Below, piece after piece: positions 42,884 to 42,912 of a stretch of DNA of 42,912 nucleotides. Source of the stretch: Patescibacteria group bacterium. GTDB taxonomy: Bacteria > Patescibacteriota > UBA1384 > CAILIB01. The stretch is taken from assembly GCA_041917855.1 (NCBI GenBank), contig JAYRWT010000072.1, positions 1 to 42,912 on the forward strand, read 5' to 3'. Position numbers and translations under genes: made by a program. Under the pieces are notes generated by a model. That model saw only the letters and a list, made by a program, of their open reading frames with translations. It was not told the DNA's origin and ran no database searches. Each line of letters starts with the position of its first letter. The stretch's first letter is position 1.

Positions 42884-42912
42884 ATGGCCCTCCCCTCACT
42901 CGCCAAACTAGC

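Noticed and set aside
1-42912. CRISPR arrays, IS elements/transposases, reverse transcriptases (retron/DGR/group II intron), rRNA genes and toxin-antitoxin pairs.
   Set aside because: I found no regularly spaced short repeats, no DDE/HUH/RuvC-type or RT motifs in any long ORF, and no rRNA-like sequence.
42884-42912. An ATG immediately after the aldolase stop, opening a new + strand ORF (MALPSLAKL...).
   Set aside because: Only 9 codons are visible before the window ends, which is too little to call.

Overview
Bacterial chromosomal window of about 43 kb. Roughly 550-37450 is a composite integrated mobile island. To its right lie ordinary housekeeping genes: an ABC exporter, a Glu/Leu-type dehydrogenase, a DinB-family protein and a class I fructose-bisphosphate aldolase. 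The island appears to consist of two related modules. Each carries a large serine recombinase (583-1881 and 24451-25737, roughly 60 percent identical by eye), a sigma-70-family factor, a TerS-like HTH protein, a ParB-domain/DNA-methyltransferase fusion, and a copy of a conserved structured leader RNA in front of a membrane-anchored exported protein. There are no capsid, portal or tail genes, although module B keeps a terminase large subunit. Cargo is as follows. (1) An SF2 helicase whose C-terminal half is seven tandem HTH-like repeats of about 62 aa. (2) A visibly AT-rich two-gene cassette of unknown function. (3) Single-gene NYN and CYTH cassettes bracketed by a repeated tRNA-like sequence. 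(4) An 11 kb single-strand copper/thiol-redox cluster behind a CsoR repressor with recognisable operators; it includes a CopA with an unusual extra-TM C-terminal extension and a His-rich CopB-like pump with CPD in place of CPH/CPC. (5) A leaderless LexA/S24-type repressor translationally coupled to a CdnE-type CD-NTase and a Cap15-type 2TM effector, i.e. a type I CBASS arranged like the lambda cI-rexAB immunity operon. (6) A sigma factor coupled to a DGQHR (DndB-like) protein. The most novel-looking signals are the duplicated leader RNA with covarying, mutually exclusive pairings and the repressor-coupled CBASS. No rRNA, intact tRNA, CRISPR array or transposase was seen. All calls rest on reading the sequence and recalling family motifs; no database search was run.
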